A stretch of 64,000 bases of DNA from Leucoraja ocellata. Lineage: Eukaryota. The stretch is taken from assembly GCA_036785375.1 (NCBI GenBank), contig JAWMAR010003146.1:1-64000 (forward strand), in the 5' to 3' direction. Below are positions 32,852 to 44,580 of the stretch, one piece after another. The position numbers were made by a program, and so were the translations under genes. The number at the start of each line of letters is the position of its first letter. The stretch's first letter is position 1. The notes under the pieces are model-generated. The model was not told where the DNA came from and did not search any database. It was given only the letters and a program-made list of their open reading frames with translations.

Positions 32852-35800
32852 AGGGGGAGGGGGGGGGGGGGGGGGGAAATATCTGGTTGTCACCCGATAC
32901 AAGCTTTCTGTCATTCTATACACCAGGAAATAGTTTGTAACACAGTTAAGGAAAGGCAAGGAGTAAGAAAGAGACAACAAATAAATTCTTATGGTAGACA
33001 CAAAATAAATTCTTATCTTGTCAATAAAAATAGAAAATGCTAAACGTATTCAACAGACCAGTTAATATCTATTGGGGAAGGGTCTCGACCTGAAAAGTCA
33101 CCTGTTCCTTCTCTCCAGAGATGCTGTCTGACCCGCTGAGTTACTCCAGCTTTTTGTGTCCATTGACAGAGAAACAGTTAACAGAGCAGGTCGATGATTA
33201 GCTGTTTACCTTGTTAAATTGGCAAACGGACTGATTTGCTGTAAGCGTCACAGTGTTGGACACTGTGAAGAATTTAATGGATGGGTTCTTAGTAAAAGGT
33301 TAAGATCTTTTATGGGATAATGAGATACCTGTGTGTGATTACAAGGCAGACATTGGATGAAAAGTGGAGTTGGATTAAATTAATCGGAGTAGTGAGGTGG
33401 CCTATTCTTTACTCCCCATTTTTTTATTGGACCTGGTTTACAATATATGTGAATCTTTTTATGGTGCCTTCTTTTGTGGGTGGATCCTATTGATCTGGTT
33501 ATGTAAAGTGACAGAGAAATGTCTGTAATTGGGGGAGGGGGGTGGGGGTGGGAAGGGTATGTTGGGGGGTGGGAGAGGGGTTGGGGGGGATGGGGAGGGG
33601 TCTCAACCCAAAACGTCGCCAATACCTTCTCTCCATAGATGCTGCCTCACCCGCCGAGTTTCTCCAGCAGTTTGTGTCTACCTCCCATCTAAGTTTATTT
33701 TCCTTCTGTTTCTGCCCGCAGCTCGGGGAAGGTTAGAAGGGAACAGCCTAAAGCTAGACTTCCTCACAGGACCACTGGCTCCGGACCCCACTTTGTACCC
33801 GTCATGCTACAGTGCCCGTCTGCCCCGGCCAGCCCCTCGTGTACGTGCGGACGCCCGGGAGATCCTCGAGAGGGGACAGAGGGGCTCTGTGGGCGTGCTG
33901 CTGCAGTTGGAAGGAGTGTCACTGCACAGGCAGCCTCCGCCAAGAAGTTAGTGGACTCTTTTACTGCTTACATCTGTGTATCCTTCAGCACCAACAAGGA
34001 ACTGCAGATGCTGCTTTATAAAAATAGACACATAGAGTTGGAGCAACTCAGAAGGTCAGTCAGTTGGGTCGCCAACTTCCTCACTCCCAAATAAGGGACA
34101 AAAGGTTAAAATAAAAGACAAATTCCTGACGGCAATTCCTTAACCGACTCGGCCGTGGCTGGGTGAATGATGAGTTGGCCCGGGTGCTGGACTGCACACA
34201 AAGCCCAGCCGGCGGGCCAGTTGAAGTCCGGCACCCCATCCAACTCGTGAACCGATGATCGGCCATGAGAAGGAGGGGTGGTGGTGGTGTCGGTCACAGA
34301 GGGTGGACAGCTGGCCGGGCTGCCGACCGACGGGGTCACGGGCAAGGCGCTGCTGCTGCTGCACTCCATGGGCTGCACTACGTTGGGACGGGTGAGGCGG
34401 GGCCGGACGTGGCACTCCCGCCCGACAGTCCCCTCGACCCGAGTAGTAGCACTCAAATACGGGACGAGGGCGGTCCCGTACGGGACAAACCAATTTAGCC
34501 CAATATACAGGATGTCCCGGCTAATACGGGACAGTTGGCAATCCTATCAGTCAGCATCTCTGGAGAATATGGATAGTTGATGTTTTGGGTCGGTGCCTAT
34601 CCTCAGGGTCCTGAGCAGAAACGTTACTTATAATTGTTCTCCAGAGATGTTTCCTGACCCTCTGAGTTACTCCAACTCTTTGTGTATCCATTAGTGTTGG
34701 GTCTGCAATTTCTTGTGCTGAACAGCCTTATTGCTATAGTGGGATATCTCCATTAATGAAAAAACATATTAAAGAACACAGTAATTAAAATAAATAAATA
34801 AAACATCTTTTGATGATGAAACGGCAACTGTATGTGTTTGGCTATTGCTTGGTGATTTGGTGATCTATCCCAGACACCTGGCGGTTCATCTGTGCCTCCC
34901 AATTTATAGAACAGGAACAGGCCCTTCGGCCCACAGTGTCTGTGCCAAACATGACGCCAAGACCATCTCCTATCAGCCTTCATTCCCCGCATATCCATGT
35001 GCCTATCAAAACATCTCTTCTGCCATATTATGGAAATGTTTACAGAAATCCCAGTGATGGTTAGATGACTTCAGTCAACTAGTACTGTAAAAAATCTCTC
35101 AGCTCACTAGAGATGTTTTATTCCAATTGCATGGACCAGTATTAGGACAGGAACAGAACGTTCGGCCCACAATGTCCACACTGAACACGAAGCCAAGTAA
35201 AATGAACCTCCTCCAAATGAGAGGAAATCCAATCCTGAGGATTGGAAGGGCCACCTTGCTCGAAGGGCCGAATGGCCTCCTCCTGCACCTATTTTCTAAG
35301 TTTCTATGATTGCCCTCCATTAGTGCCCAAACCACTGCCACGAGGCTCACCGGACTATAATCTCCTGGATTTAAGAAGGATTTTGTTTCTTGCTAGAGAA
35401 GGAGCCCAGGGACCACGAGAAGGAGAACGTGCGGCGAATGAGGGAGATCCAGAAAAAATGCAGAGAGAAGGACCAGGAGCGTGAACAGAGCGGCCCCAAA
35501 CCGGTGAAAGCGTTGTGGAAATCCCACAAGTATGAATCCGTTCCATCAAAAGTGATGGCTCGCTTACAGGTAAAGGCCCGGCCTAGGTGTGAGAGAAGCT
35601 CCTGGCAGGCAGGAGAGTAGTGGGAGGCTCCTGAATGAATAGTGAGATGGATAAACTTGCACAAAGCAGAACAGAGTAAATGACTTGTGTGTGGGCTCCG
35701 TATGAAGTCAAGTCTCTCTCGAAAGCATCCAGAGAACTGGCCTCCACCGCCCTCTGAGATAGTCTTGGAGATAAAACTTGGAAACCTGTCTTTCAGCCCA

Positions 35801-38800
35801 ACGGGTCCAGGGCCGACCATCGATTCCCCCGTTCACACTAGTTCTATGTTATCCCACTTTTGGGTCTCGCTTTTGGCACTCAGCCATGATCATATTGAAT
35901 GGCGGTGCAGGCTCGAAGGGCCGAATGGCCTACTCCTGCACCTAACTTCTATGTTTCTATGTTTTGCATCCACACCCTACACACTAGGGGGCAATATACG
36001 GAAGCCAATTAATCTGTAAAGCTGCAAATCTTTGGGATGAAACCCCAAAGGGAATGTGCAATCGCCACACAGCCAACGTCCGAGGTCAGGATCAAACCCG
36101 GGTCTGTGGCATCGTGAGGCAGCATCTCTACCAGCTGTGCCACTGTGCCACCCTGAAAGTGTACCACTTTGATAGCAAAGAAGTGACAATCATGACATGC
36201 CAGGAGCACTCTACTCTCAAGAGAGAGTTAGATTGTATCTGGTCAAAGACAGTCACAGTGAATACATGCCTGTAACCAGGTTGCAGACTTGCAGACTTTC
36301 CCAAATGCTGACTGATTCCTTTTCTGTCTTTTCTGTCATTTCTCCTCAGGACAACACATCCCCCAAGCCTTTGGATAATCAGCACTACCTTAAAGCTCAC
36401 TCGCGATGTGGGACTGGGGTCGGTCCCAAGAGATCCACATCCCCGAGCCCAACAAAAGCAGAGGCGTGTGTCGAGGCTCCAGAGGATTCTATCGCAAATG
36501 TGAGTGAAATATTGGACAGAACTCACAAAGTATTTAAACGTAGGTAGACAGAAATGCTGGAGAAACTCAGCGGGTGAGGCAGCATCTATGGAGTGAAGGA
36601 ATAGGTGACGTTTCGGGTCGAGACCCGAAACGTCACCTATTCCTTCACTCCATAGATGCTGCCTCACCCGCTGAGTTTCTCCAGCATTTCTGTCTATCTT
36701 TGATTTTTCCAGCATCTGCAGTTCCTTCTTAAACATTGCGTATTTAAACATGACTGTTTCATGCTTCGTTTAGTTTAGTTCAGAGATACAGCACAGAAAC
36801 AGCCCCTCGTCCCATTGAGCCTACAATCACCTGTTCACACTAGTTCCAAATTATCCCAATTTTCCATCCACTCCATACACACTAGGGGCTATTGACAGAG
36901 AGCAAATGAACCTGCATGTCTTAGGGATGTGGATGTGGGAGGAAACTTACTCGGCCACAGGGAGAATGTGCATACTCCACACAGACAGCATCCGAGGTCA
37001 GGATTGAACTTGCGCCCTGGCACTGTGAGGCAGCAGCTCTACCAGCTGCGCCACTGTGCTGCCCAAATGATCAAACTGAAGCATTATTCAATCCACGGAC
37101 AATATTACCAACTTGCAAACTCATTGCCCTGGGAAAGTGTCTGGGAAAGACTTTTGTGGGAATGTCTTGATAATCATAGAGCATAGAACAGTACAGTACA
37201 GGAACAGGCCCTTCAGCCCACAATGTCTGTGCCGAACATGATCTCAAGACCACGTATATTCCTGCACATAATCCATATCCCTTCATTCCCTGCATATCCA
37301 TGTGCCTATCTAAATTCTCTTAATTGCCAGGTACCCTTCACCATGCACATCTTTACACTTTGCCCCCTCACCTTGAAACTATGCCTTAAACCTCTGATAT
37401 AACCTCTCTGTAAATTTGCTGTTAATGCGACTAATGAAAGTGAATTTTGTTTCCTGGTGATAATTACTAACCTGCTTGTTTTTTTAATTGCAGGCTCAAG
37501 TCACAGGCGTTGCCATAGATTTCATCAGGCACAACGCCCAGAATGCAAGGAAAATGCCAGTACGACGCTCCAAATCTCTGCAGTCCCTGACAGACGTGCT
37601 GGACAGGAAAGAGAAAGAACAGCAGGACTACATCAGCCAGAATAAAGGACAGCTACCGCAGTAGTAAGGAATGCATTATTCATCAATCCTTTTCCTTCAC
37701 CTATTCCGCTGCAACTGGGTGCTATTGGTAGCTTTTATCTCAGAAATTATCCCAGCCTCACTCACCTTAACCTCCTGCTCAATCCCCGACACAACCTTCC
37801 ACATATCCCCATACAGCGCCAGAGACCTAGGTTCAATCCTGTCTGTACGGAGCTTGTACGTTCTCCCCTTGACCTGTGTGGGTTTTCTCCGGGAGCTCCG
37901 GTTTCCTCCCACACCAAAGACATACAGGTTTGTAGGTTAATTGTCTTGGGAGTGTTGGATAATGTTAGTGTGCGGGGATCACTGGTCGGCATGGACTCGA
38001 TGGGCCGAAGGGGCTGTTACTGCACTGTGTCTCTAAACTAAACTAACCAAAGATGCCGTGCTCTGCTCTGCCTTGAACGGTCTTGCATTTGATTATCCCT
38101 GCTTCTGGCGATTCCTTTACATCTTTTCCAGAGCTAAATTTGGCGTTTGCTACCCTGTGAGATCGACCAATGTTGAATCACACATGCCGAGGCCGACCAC
38201 GACTGTCCATGACTGTCCCTCAGGTGGTGAGCCCAGAGTCTTGCACCTGTGGCCCTTTGCCCTCTCACCTGTGTCAAGTACGACACAGTACAGCACAGGA
38301 ATAGGCTCTTCGGCCCACAATGTCTGTGCTGAATATGATGCCAGGATAAACTCTTCTCCTCCCCTCCACAAGATGCATATCCCTCCATTCCCTGCATATC
38401 CACCATCATATCCAAAAGCCTCTTAAATGCCACTATTGATTCTGCCCCCACCACTGCCCTGGCAGTGCATTCCAGGCATCCACCACCTTCTGTGTAAAAA
38501 CAAAACTTCCCTGCACATCTCCTTTAAACACTGCATCTCTCACCTTAAAGCTAAGCTCTCCGGTCTATGACATTTCCATCCTGGGAAAAATGTTCTGTCT
38601 GCTTACCCTATATATATATACGCCTCTCAAATGTTATAAACTTCTATCAGGTCTCCCCTCAACCTCAAACGTTACAGAGAAAACAATCTAAGTTTGTCTA
38701 AGTAGTTAATACACTCTTCCACCATCCCCTCAGCATTGAAATCAACTTATACTGAAGGGTTTCCAAACTTGACCATCTTACAGTCAGGAAGTTTTTACAA

Positions 38801-40487
38801 CTCAGCTTTGGATTCCCTCACTCACCCACAATTAGCTGCTGATTAATCTTGTTCACTCCATTTGCAATAATGATGGTTACATACCTCGGTCTTGCCCAAA
38901 TCCTTTAGCAAGGTTTTGGGCCTTGCAAATTGAATCTTGAATCTTGAATCTTGAATCTAAGTTTGAAAAGTGGAACATGTACAAGGCATGTCCTTTGTTC
39001 CAGAGTGACATTGTCAAATTGAATGTTATTTGCTTTTCTTCCTTTAATTAAAAACTATATTTTCCTTTTTTTCTTCTCTCAGAACATTCAATAAACTTAT
39101 CGAATAGTGGAAGGCTTGGATAGAGAGGATGTGGAGAGAATGTTTCCACTAGTGAGGGAGTCTAGAGTCTAGAGGCCGTAGCCTCAGAATTAAAGGACGT
39201 TCCTTTAGGAAGGAGGAGGAATTTTGTTAATCAGAGGGGGGTGAATCTGTGGAATTCTTAGCCAAGTCAATTGATATTTTTAAGGTAAAGATAGATAGAT
39301 TCTTGATTAGTACGGGTGTCAGGGGTTATGGGGAAAAGGCAGGAGAATAGGGTTAGGAGGGAGATAGATCAGCCATGATTGAATGGCGGAGTAGACTTGA
39401 TGGGCTGAATGGCCTAATTCTGCTCCTATCACTTATGGCCTCTCATAAATCCTCTCCGTGTTTCCAGTTTAATTGAACGGCGGAATCAATGGAGGAAAGA
39501 TGCGGAAGAGCGGCAGAAAAATATCCCTGACCCCAGCATGCCTCCAGGTCACACCAGGATGCCAGAGAATGAAAGACTGGAAACACTCAGTTCCCTCCAA
39601 CAAAGTAAGTTTCTGTGCTCTCCCTGCTGTAGAGAATAACATCTCTAGGATGACCCGAAACGTCACCTATTCATTTTATCTGACCCGCTGAGTTACTCCA
39701 GCACTCTGTGTCTATCCTCTTATGAATTATTGACAGGGTAACAGTTTGTGGATAACACTTGCTCCTGTACCAACTCTACATTTGGGTTAAACAAGCATTT
39801 CAGTCCAGCTCGCCCCATGCACCGTGTACAGATCATGCTCGGACAAAGCAGTGCCTAGTGATTGCAAGTTTTAAACAAATAAGTAAAGCCATTTTGCATT
39901 TCAAAAAGCAAGAGCTGCAGATGCTGGAAGTCTCAATTAGAAGCAGAACATGGTGATAATATATGGTAGACAAAAGTGCTGGAGAAACTCAGCGGGTGCG
40001 GCAGCATCTATGGAGCGAGTTTCATGGATGGACCTCCGCTCCGTAGATGCTGCTGCACCCGCTGAGTTTCTCCAGCATTTTTGTCTACCTTCGATTTTCC
40101 AGCATCTGTAGTTCCTTCTTGAACATGGTGATAATATACAGCAGGTCAGGCAGTATCAATGGAGAAAACAGACAATATTTTGGGTTAATGACATTTCATC
40201 AGAGCCCGTGAACTATTCAAGGTACATGGGTGATGCAAGTTGAGTGTTTAAAGTATTTATGTTTTAATTAACTTGAACTACCTGCTCACCTTGTTTAATC
40301 TGCTTCCTGCCAACCCCTACCCCTAGCCCAAAAGCAGCTGATCAAGCAACTGCTGATGTTTCCTGTGCGAGTGGATACGATTGGCATGCAGAATAGACGA
40401 GCTGACCTGGAGAAGAAACTGGCAGAGATCGAAGAGGCCATTAAAATCTTCTCTCGGCCCAAAGTTTTCATCAAAGTTAATGTCTGA
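32592..40487 (+). CDS. ENKD1: Enkurin domain-containing protein 1, 366 aa. Coding exons 32592-32676, 33722-33946, 35397-35569, 36350-36499, 37494-37663, 39468-39604, 40327-40487
   Basis: Spliced open frame of 1101 nt: MSEGPSNISGPIPPDPTL...GRLEGNSLKLD...DHEKENVRR...DFIRHNA...PDPSMPPGHTRMPENERLETL...EEAIKIFSRPKVFIKVNV*, recognisably ENKD1. Confidence 0.96.
33722..33946 (+). CDS. ENKD1: ENKD1 exon
   Basis: RGRLEGNSLKLDFLTGPLAPDPTLYPSCY...EILERGQRGSVGVLLQLEGVSL. Confidence 0.94.
34064..34546. mobile_element. Non-autonomous hAT DNA transposon
   Basis: TIRs TTGGGTCGCCAACT and AGTTGGCAATCCTA; 8-bp TSD TCAGTCAG; subterminal CGGGAC repeats; inserted in a Penelope-type element. Confidence 0.82.
35397..35569 (+). 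CDS. ENKD1: ENKD1 exon
   Basis: KEPRDHEKENVRRMREIQKK...KALWKSHKYESVPSKVMARLQ. Confidence 0.94.
36350..36499 (+). CDS. ENKD1: ENKD1 exon
   Basis: DNTSPKPLDNQHYLKAHSRCGTGVGPK...SIAN. Confidence 0.92.
36545..36696. repeat. Perfect 75-bp inverted repeat (fold-back Penelope-type element)
   Basis: Arms 36545-36619 and 36622-36696 are exact reverse complements; flanking GTATTTAAAC duplication. Confidence 0.92.
37494..37663 (+). CDS. ENKD1: ENKD1 exon
   Basis: AQVTGVAIDFIRHNAQNARKMPVRRSKSLQ...KGQLPQ. Confidence 0.93.
39468..39604 (+). CDS. ENKD1: ENKD1 exon (enkurin domain)
   Basis: LIERRNQWRKDAEERQKNIPDPSMPPGHTRMPENERLETLSSLQQ. Confidence 0.95.
40327..40487 (+). CDS. ENKD1: ENKD1 last coding exon
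   Basis: QKQLIKQLLMFPVRVDTIGMQNRRADLEKKLAEIEEAIKIFSRPKVFIKVNV*. Confidence 0.95.
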
Positions 40488-41768
40488 GCAGCTCAGAAAG
40501 GTAAAGTTCAGGTTGCAACAACATTTCTGTTTCTGGTTATTGCTTGGAATAATGGTTATGATGTTAAAGGCTTGGTTGTGATGTGAATGGGGAGAAGAGA
40601 GTTGAGGTGTATGAAAACAAATTTGAATCAGTTACCAAATACACAGGATACGATGTTAAAAAATCCAAAGTGCCAAATATCAACTTGCTCCCGGTGGTAC
40701 ACGATACAAGATACATTTATTTGTCACATGTGCCAGTTGGCACAGTGAAATGAGATAACCATACAGCCATACAATAAAAATAAAGAACACAACACACGAT
40801 AAAGTTAAACACAAAATTCTTAAGGGGTTGGACAGGTTAGATGCAGGAAGATTGTTCCCGATGTTGGGGAAGTCCAGAACAAGGGGTCACAGTTTAAGGA
40901 TAAGGGGGAAATCTTTTAGGACCGAGATGAGGAAAACGTTTTTCACACAGAGAGTGGTGAATCTGGAATTCTCTGCCACAGAAGGTAGTTGATTGGCTAT
41001 ATTTGCTATATTTGGCTATATTTGCTATAAATTGGCTATATTTAAGAGGGAGTTAGATGTGGCCCTTGTGGCTAAAGGGATCAGGGGGGTATGGAGTGAA
41101 GGCAGGAACAGGATACTGAGTTGGATGATCAGCCATGATCATATTGAATGGCGGTGCAGGCTCGAAGGGCCGAATGGCCTACTCCTGCACCTATTTTCTA
41201 TGTTTCTATGTAAACATAAAACATCTCCACACAGCAGAATCAAAGTTTCCCACTGTGAGGGAAGGCGCCAAAGTCAGTCTCTTCCTCTAATGTTCCCCAA
41301 TGTTCACTCGTGGTCGGGGCCTCCCCGAGCCCTCCGAAGTCGCCGCTACGGGCGGCCCGATGTTCAGGCCCGGTGATGGGAGCCTTATGCACTCACCTAT
41401 GCTCCTCCGATGTTGAGAAAGACTAGGCAGACACGTCATTGTGGTTATCAAGTGGGCACCTTTTCACTGGTGCAGCGAACAGATCTGCTTCCTCACAACA
41501 GCAGCGACCTGGGATTGATCCTGATCCCAATCCCGAGTGTCGTGGAGTTTACATGATCTTCCTGTGACTGTGTGGATTTCTTCTGGTGTTCCAGTTTCCT
41601 CCCACTTCACAAAGACACAAAGAAGATTTGTAAGTTAATTGGCTTGTGTAAACTACCCCTAGAGTTGTTGCAAAGTGGAATTGTTGTGAATGGGTGATCG
41701 ATGGTCGGTGTGGATTTGCTGGGCCGAAGGTCCTGTTTCTATGCAGTATCAATCATATTAAATGTAGG

Positions 41769-41903
41769 GTTTAAGAGGGAACTGCAGATGCTGGAGAATC
41801 GAAGGTTACACAAAAAAGCTGGAGAAACTCAGCGGGTGCAGCAGCATCTATGGAGCGAAGGAAATAGGCAACGTTTCGGGCCGAAACCCTTCTTCAGACT
41901 GGG
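41769..41903 (-). mobile_element. Short Penelope-type element with hammerhead core
   Basis: 15-bp TSD CATATTAAATGTAGG. Confidence 0.8.
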
Positions 41904-42188
41904 CATATTAAATGTAGGTGCTGGCTCGAAGGGCCAAATGGCCTATTCCTGCACCTATTTTTCTATGTTTCTAATTTTCGTAGAAAATTAGAAACATAGA
42001 AAAATAGGTGCAGGAATAGGAAATTTAAGGTAATTTCGTAATTCTACAATAATTACCTTTTGAAAACTAGTGATGTTCATCTCTGAATTAAATTTAGAAG
42101 TTTATGGAAAATTAAACCTATTTTGTAGCCAAATGAATCATTTGAATCCTCTGAATTATAGCTTTGTTCTTGTTCCTTTACATTGCAG

Positions 42189-42315
42189 GCTTTTAAACAG
42201 AGACATTTCTGGACTGCAGGTACAAGTTGGAGCTCCGGCACACTTTGCTTTCTGAGTCTGTTGGTAATGTTTCTCACAGATCTGTAAATAAACTGACAGA
42301 ATATTTTTTTATTGT
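42189..42315 (+). other. ENKD1: Probable non-coding terminal (3'-UTR) exon of ENKD1
   Basis: Donor AAG|gtaaag at 40501; polypyrimidine tract plus tgcag| at 42188; AATAAA at 42287-42292. Confidence 0.55.
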
Positions 42316-42569
42316 AATTAAATGTTCATTTTGTGATTCCAATGTTATTAAATTGATCAATTTTTGAAACAACATGTTTTTGTTCTTTGAGACCTATAAT
42401 AAGAGAAATGTTTGGATCGTCAAAACTTCCAAGGAGTGGAGGAATTTTTACCTTGTTTATGTGGCATTCACAGACCATCCTCCTTTCCTTGCAGCCCCCT
42501 GACTCAATATCAAATTTCCCAACCTCTGATAACTTGCTTTCTTTTGCCTATATCAGAACTGTGTGCGGC

Positions 42570-42860
42570 ATGGTGGCGCAGCGGTAGAGTTGCTGTCTTA
42601 CAGCGCCAGAGACACGGGTTTGATCCCGACTACGGGTGCTGTCTGTACGGAGTTTATATTTTCTCCCCGTGACCTGCGTGGGTTTTCTCCGGGTGTTCTG
42701 GTTTCCTCCCACATCCCAAAGATGTACAGGGTTGTAGGTTAATTGGCTTGGCAGAAATGTAAATTGTCCGGTAGAATAGTGTCAATGTGCGGGGATCGCT
42801 GGTCGGCGTGGACTCGGTCGGCCGAAGGGCCTGTTTCCGCGCTGTATCTCTAAACTAAAC
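42570..42860 (+). mobile_element. V-SINE (HE1-like)
   Basis: GGTGGCGCAGCGG A box, B box, V-domain and CTAAACTAAAC tail. Further copies at 35960-36150(-), 36770-37065(-), 37810-38045(+) and 51470-51742(-). Confidence 0.87.
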
Positions 42861-44329
42861 TGGTCACTTTTTGCTACGTCATTATCTGTTATTTTTTTCT
42901 CTTTTGTTCCCTCTCCATTAACACACGTATTTGCAACTCATCACACTTCTTTATAGCAACAAACAATCAGCCATGAGGGGAAAATAATTGCTGCCGATAC
43001 TGCTCAACCCACAGGTCCTCCAGCATACTGTTCCACACCTAGTTATCCCCTCTGACTGGCCTCATTAGCAATATATTCCCTTTGCAGAATGTGACCAAAC
43101 TCTACTTGGTGGCAAAGTATGAAGTGGAAACATTTGTGGCATTGATGCATTGTAAATAAAATGTTAATGTAACAACCTTTAGGTTTGTTATTATATATAC
43201 AGAAGTGCAGTGAAAATCTTTGTGTTGCATGCTATCCAAGCAGATCAAATATACCATACATAGACAATCAGTTCAAAAACAGGTACACTAAATAGAGCAA
43301 AGGGGAAGATACAGAGTGCAGAATATAGTTCTCAGCGTATATCATTTCTTTTCACAATGTTCCCAATGTCCTAATGAGCTCTAGGGGCTAGTGGAGTCGA
43401 GGGATATGGGGAGAAGGCAGGCACGGGTTATTGATAGGGGACGATCAGCCATGATCACAATGAATGGCGGTGCTGGCTCGAAGGGCCGAATAGCCTCCTC
43501 CTGCACTTATTTTCTATGTGTCTATGTCCTCAATGGGATTGAGGTGAAATGGAAAGTACCCTTGCTTATGGAAGGACTGTTCAGAGGCCTGTTAACAGAC
43601 ACTCACTGAACAGGGATAGGGATAGGGAAGGTTTTGAGGGATATGGGTCAAAGGCAAGCAATTGGGACCAACTTAGATGGGGCATCTTGGTCGGCATGGC
43701 CGAGTTGGGCAGAAGCCTGTTAGTGCTGTATTTCTATTGAAGGCACAATGAATGTGACTATTTGATGGCACAAATACAACGTCCAGGTTCAGGAATAGCC
43801 ACTTCCCCACAGCCATCAGGCTATTAAACCTGGCTCGGACAAAACTCTGATTATTAATCCCATTTTTTGTTATTTGCACTTTATCAGTTTATTTATTCAT
43901 GTGTGTATATATTTATATTATGATATATGGACACACTGATCTGTTTTGTAGTAAATGCCTACTATGTTCTGTGTTCTGAAGCAAAGCAAGACGGGACTAG
44001 AGACGGAAATTAGCTACTGATTAGCTACAATCTCGCATATTTACATGCAAAATGTTAATTAATATGCACTGTCCCTATAAACAAAACATTATTATTATTA
44101 TTATTGTCCTATATAGGGACACATGACAATAAACTCACTTGAACTTGAACAATGACAGCATTTTCTCTGCATATTTCTGAAATAATGTGCAGTGCTCCCC
44201 ATGCATGTGGACGTGGCATTCCCAGGGACACGTTGCCAGACTTTCTATTGGGGTTTCTGCACTATCTCTCTGCAATAAAGCCAATAGATCAACCGTATAA
44301 AGAGGTTTATAAATATAGTGTAAGGCAGG

Positions 44330-44519
44330 TTGCAGCCAGAGCGGGGGCGCGCACGGTTTAAATCCCCGGGCGGCGGGGGCGCGCACGCGGCCTAGCGACG
44401 CAGCAGAAGCCTGGGCTGACATTGTGACGGCGGCGCCTGCCCGGGAGCGGCGGAGACGGGGACGGAGACGGGGAAAGGAGGCTGCCGTTCGGGCGGGCCT
44501 TGCACCGAGAGCCGCCGCC
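44330..44519 (+). promoter_or_regulatory. POLB: POLB CpG-island promoter and 5' UTR
   Basis: CpG-rich, with a GGGCGG box and Kozak GCCGCCGCCATG. Confidence 0.8.
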
Positions 44520-44580
44520 ATGAGCAAGAGGAAAGCGCCGCAGGAGTCGCTGAACGAGGGGATCACCGACTTCCTGATCG
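44520..44580 (+). CDS. POLB: POLB exon 1
   Basis: [20 protein letters not shown]. Confidence 0.96.

Noticed and set aside
42570-42640. tRNA genes
   Set aside because: The A/B boxes belong to V-SINE heads; there is no full cloverleaf and each is followed by the SINE body.
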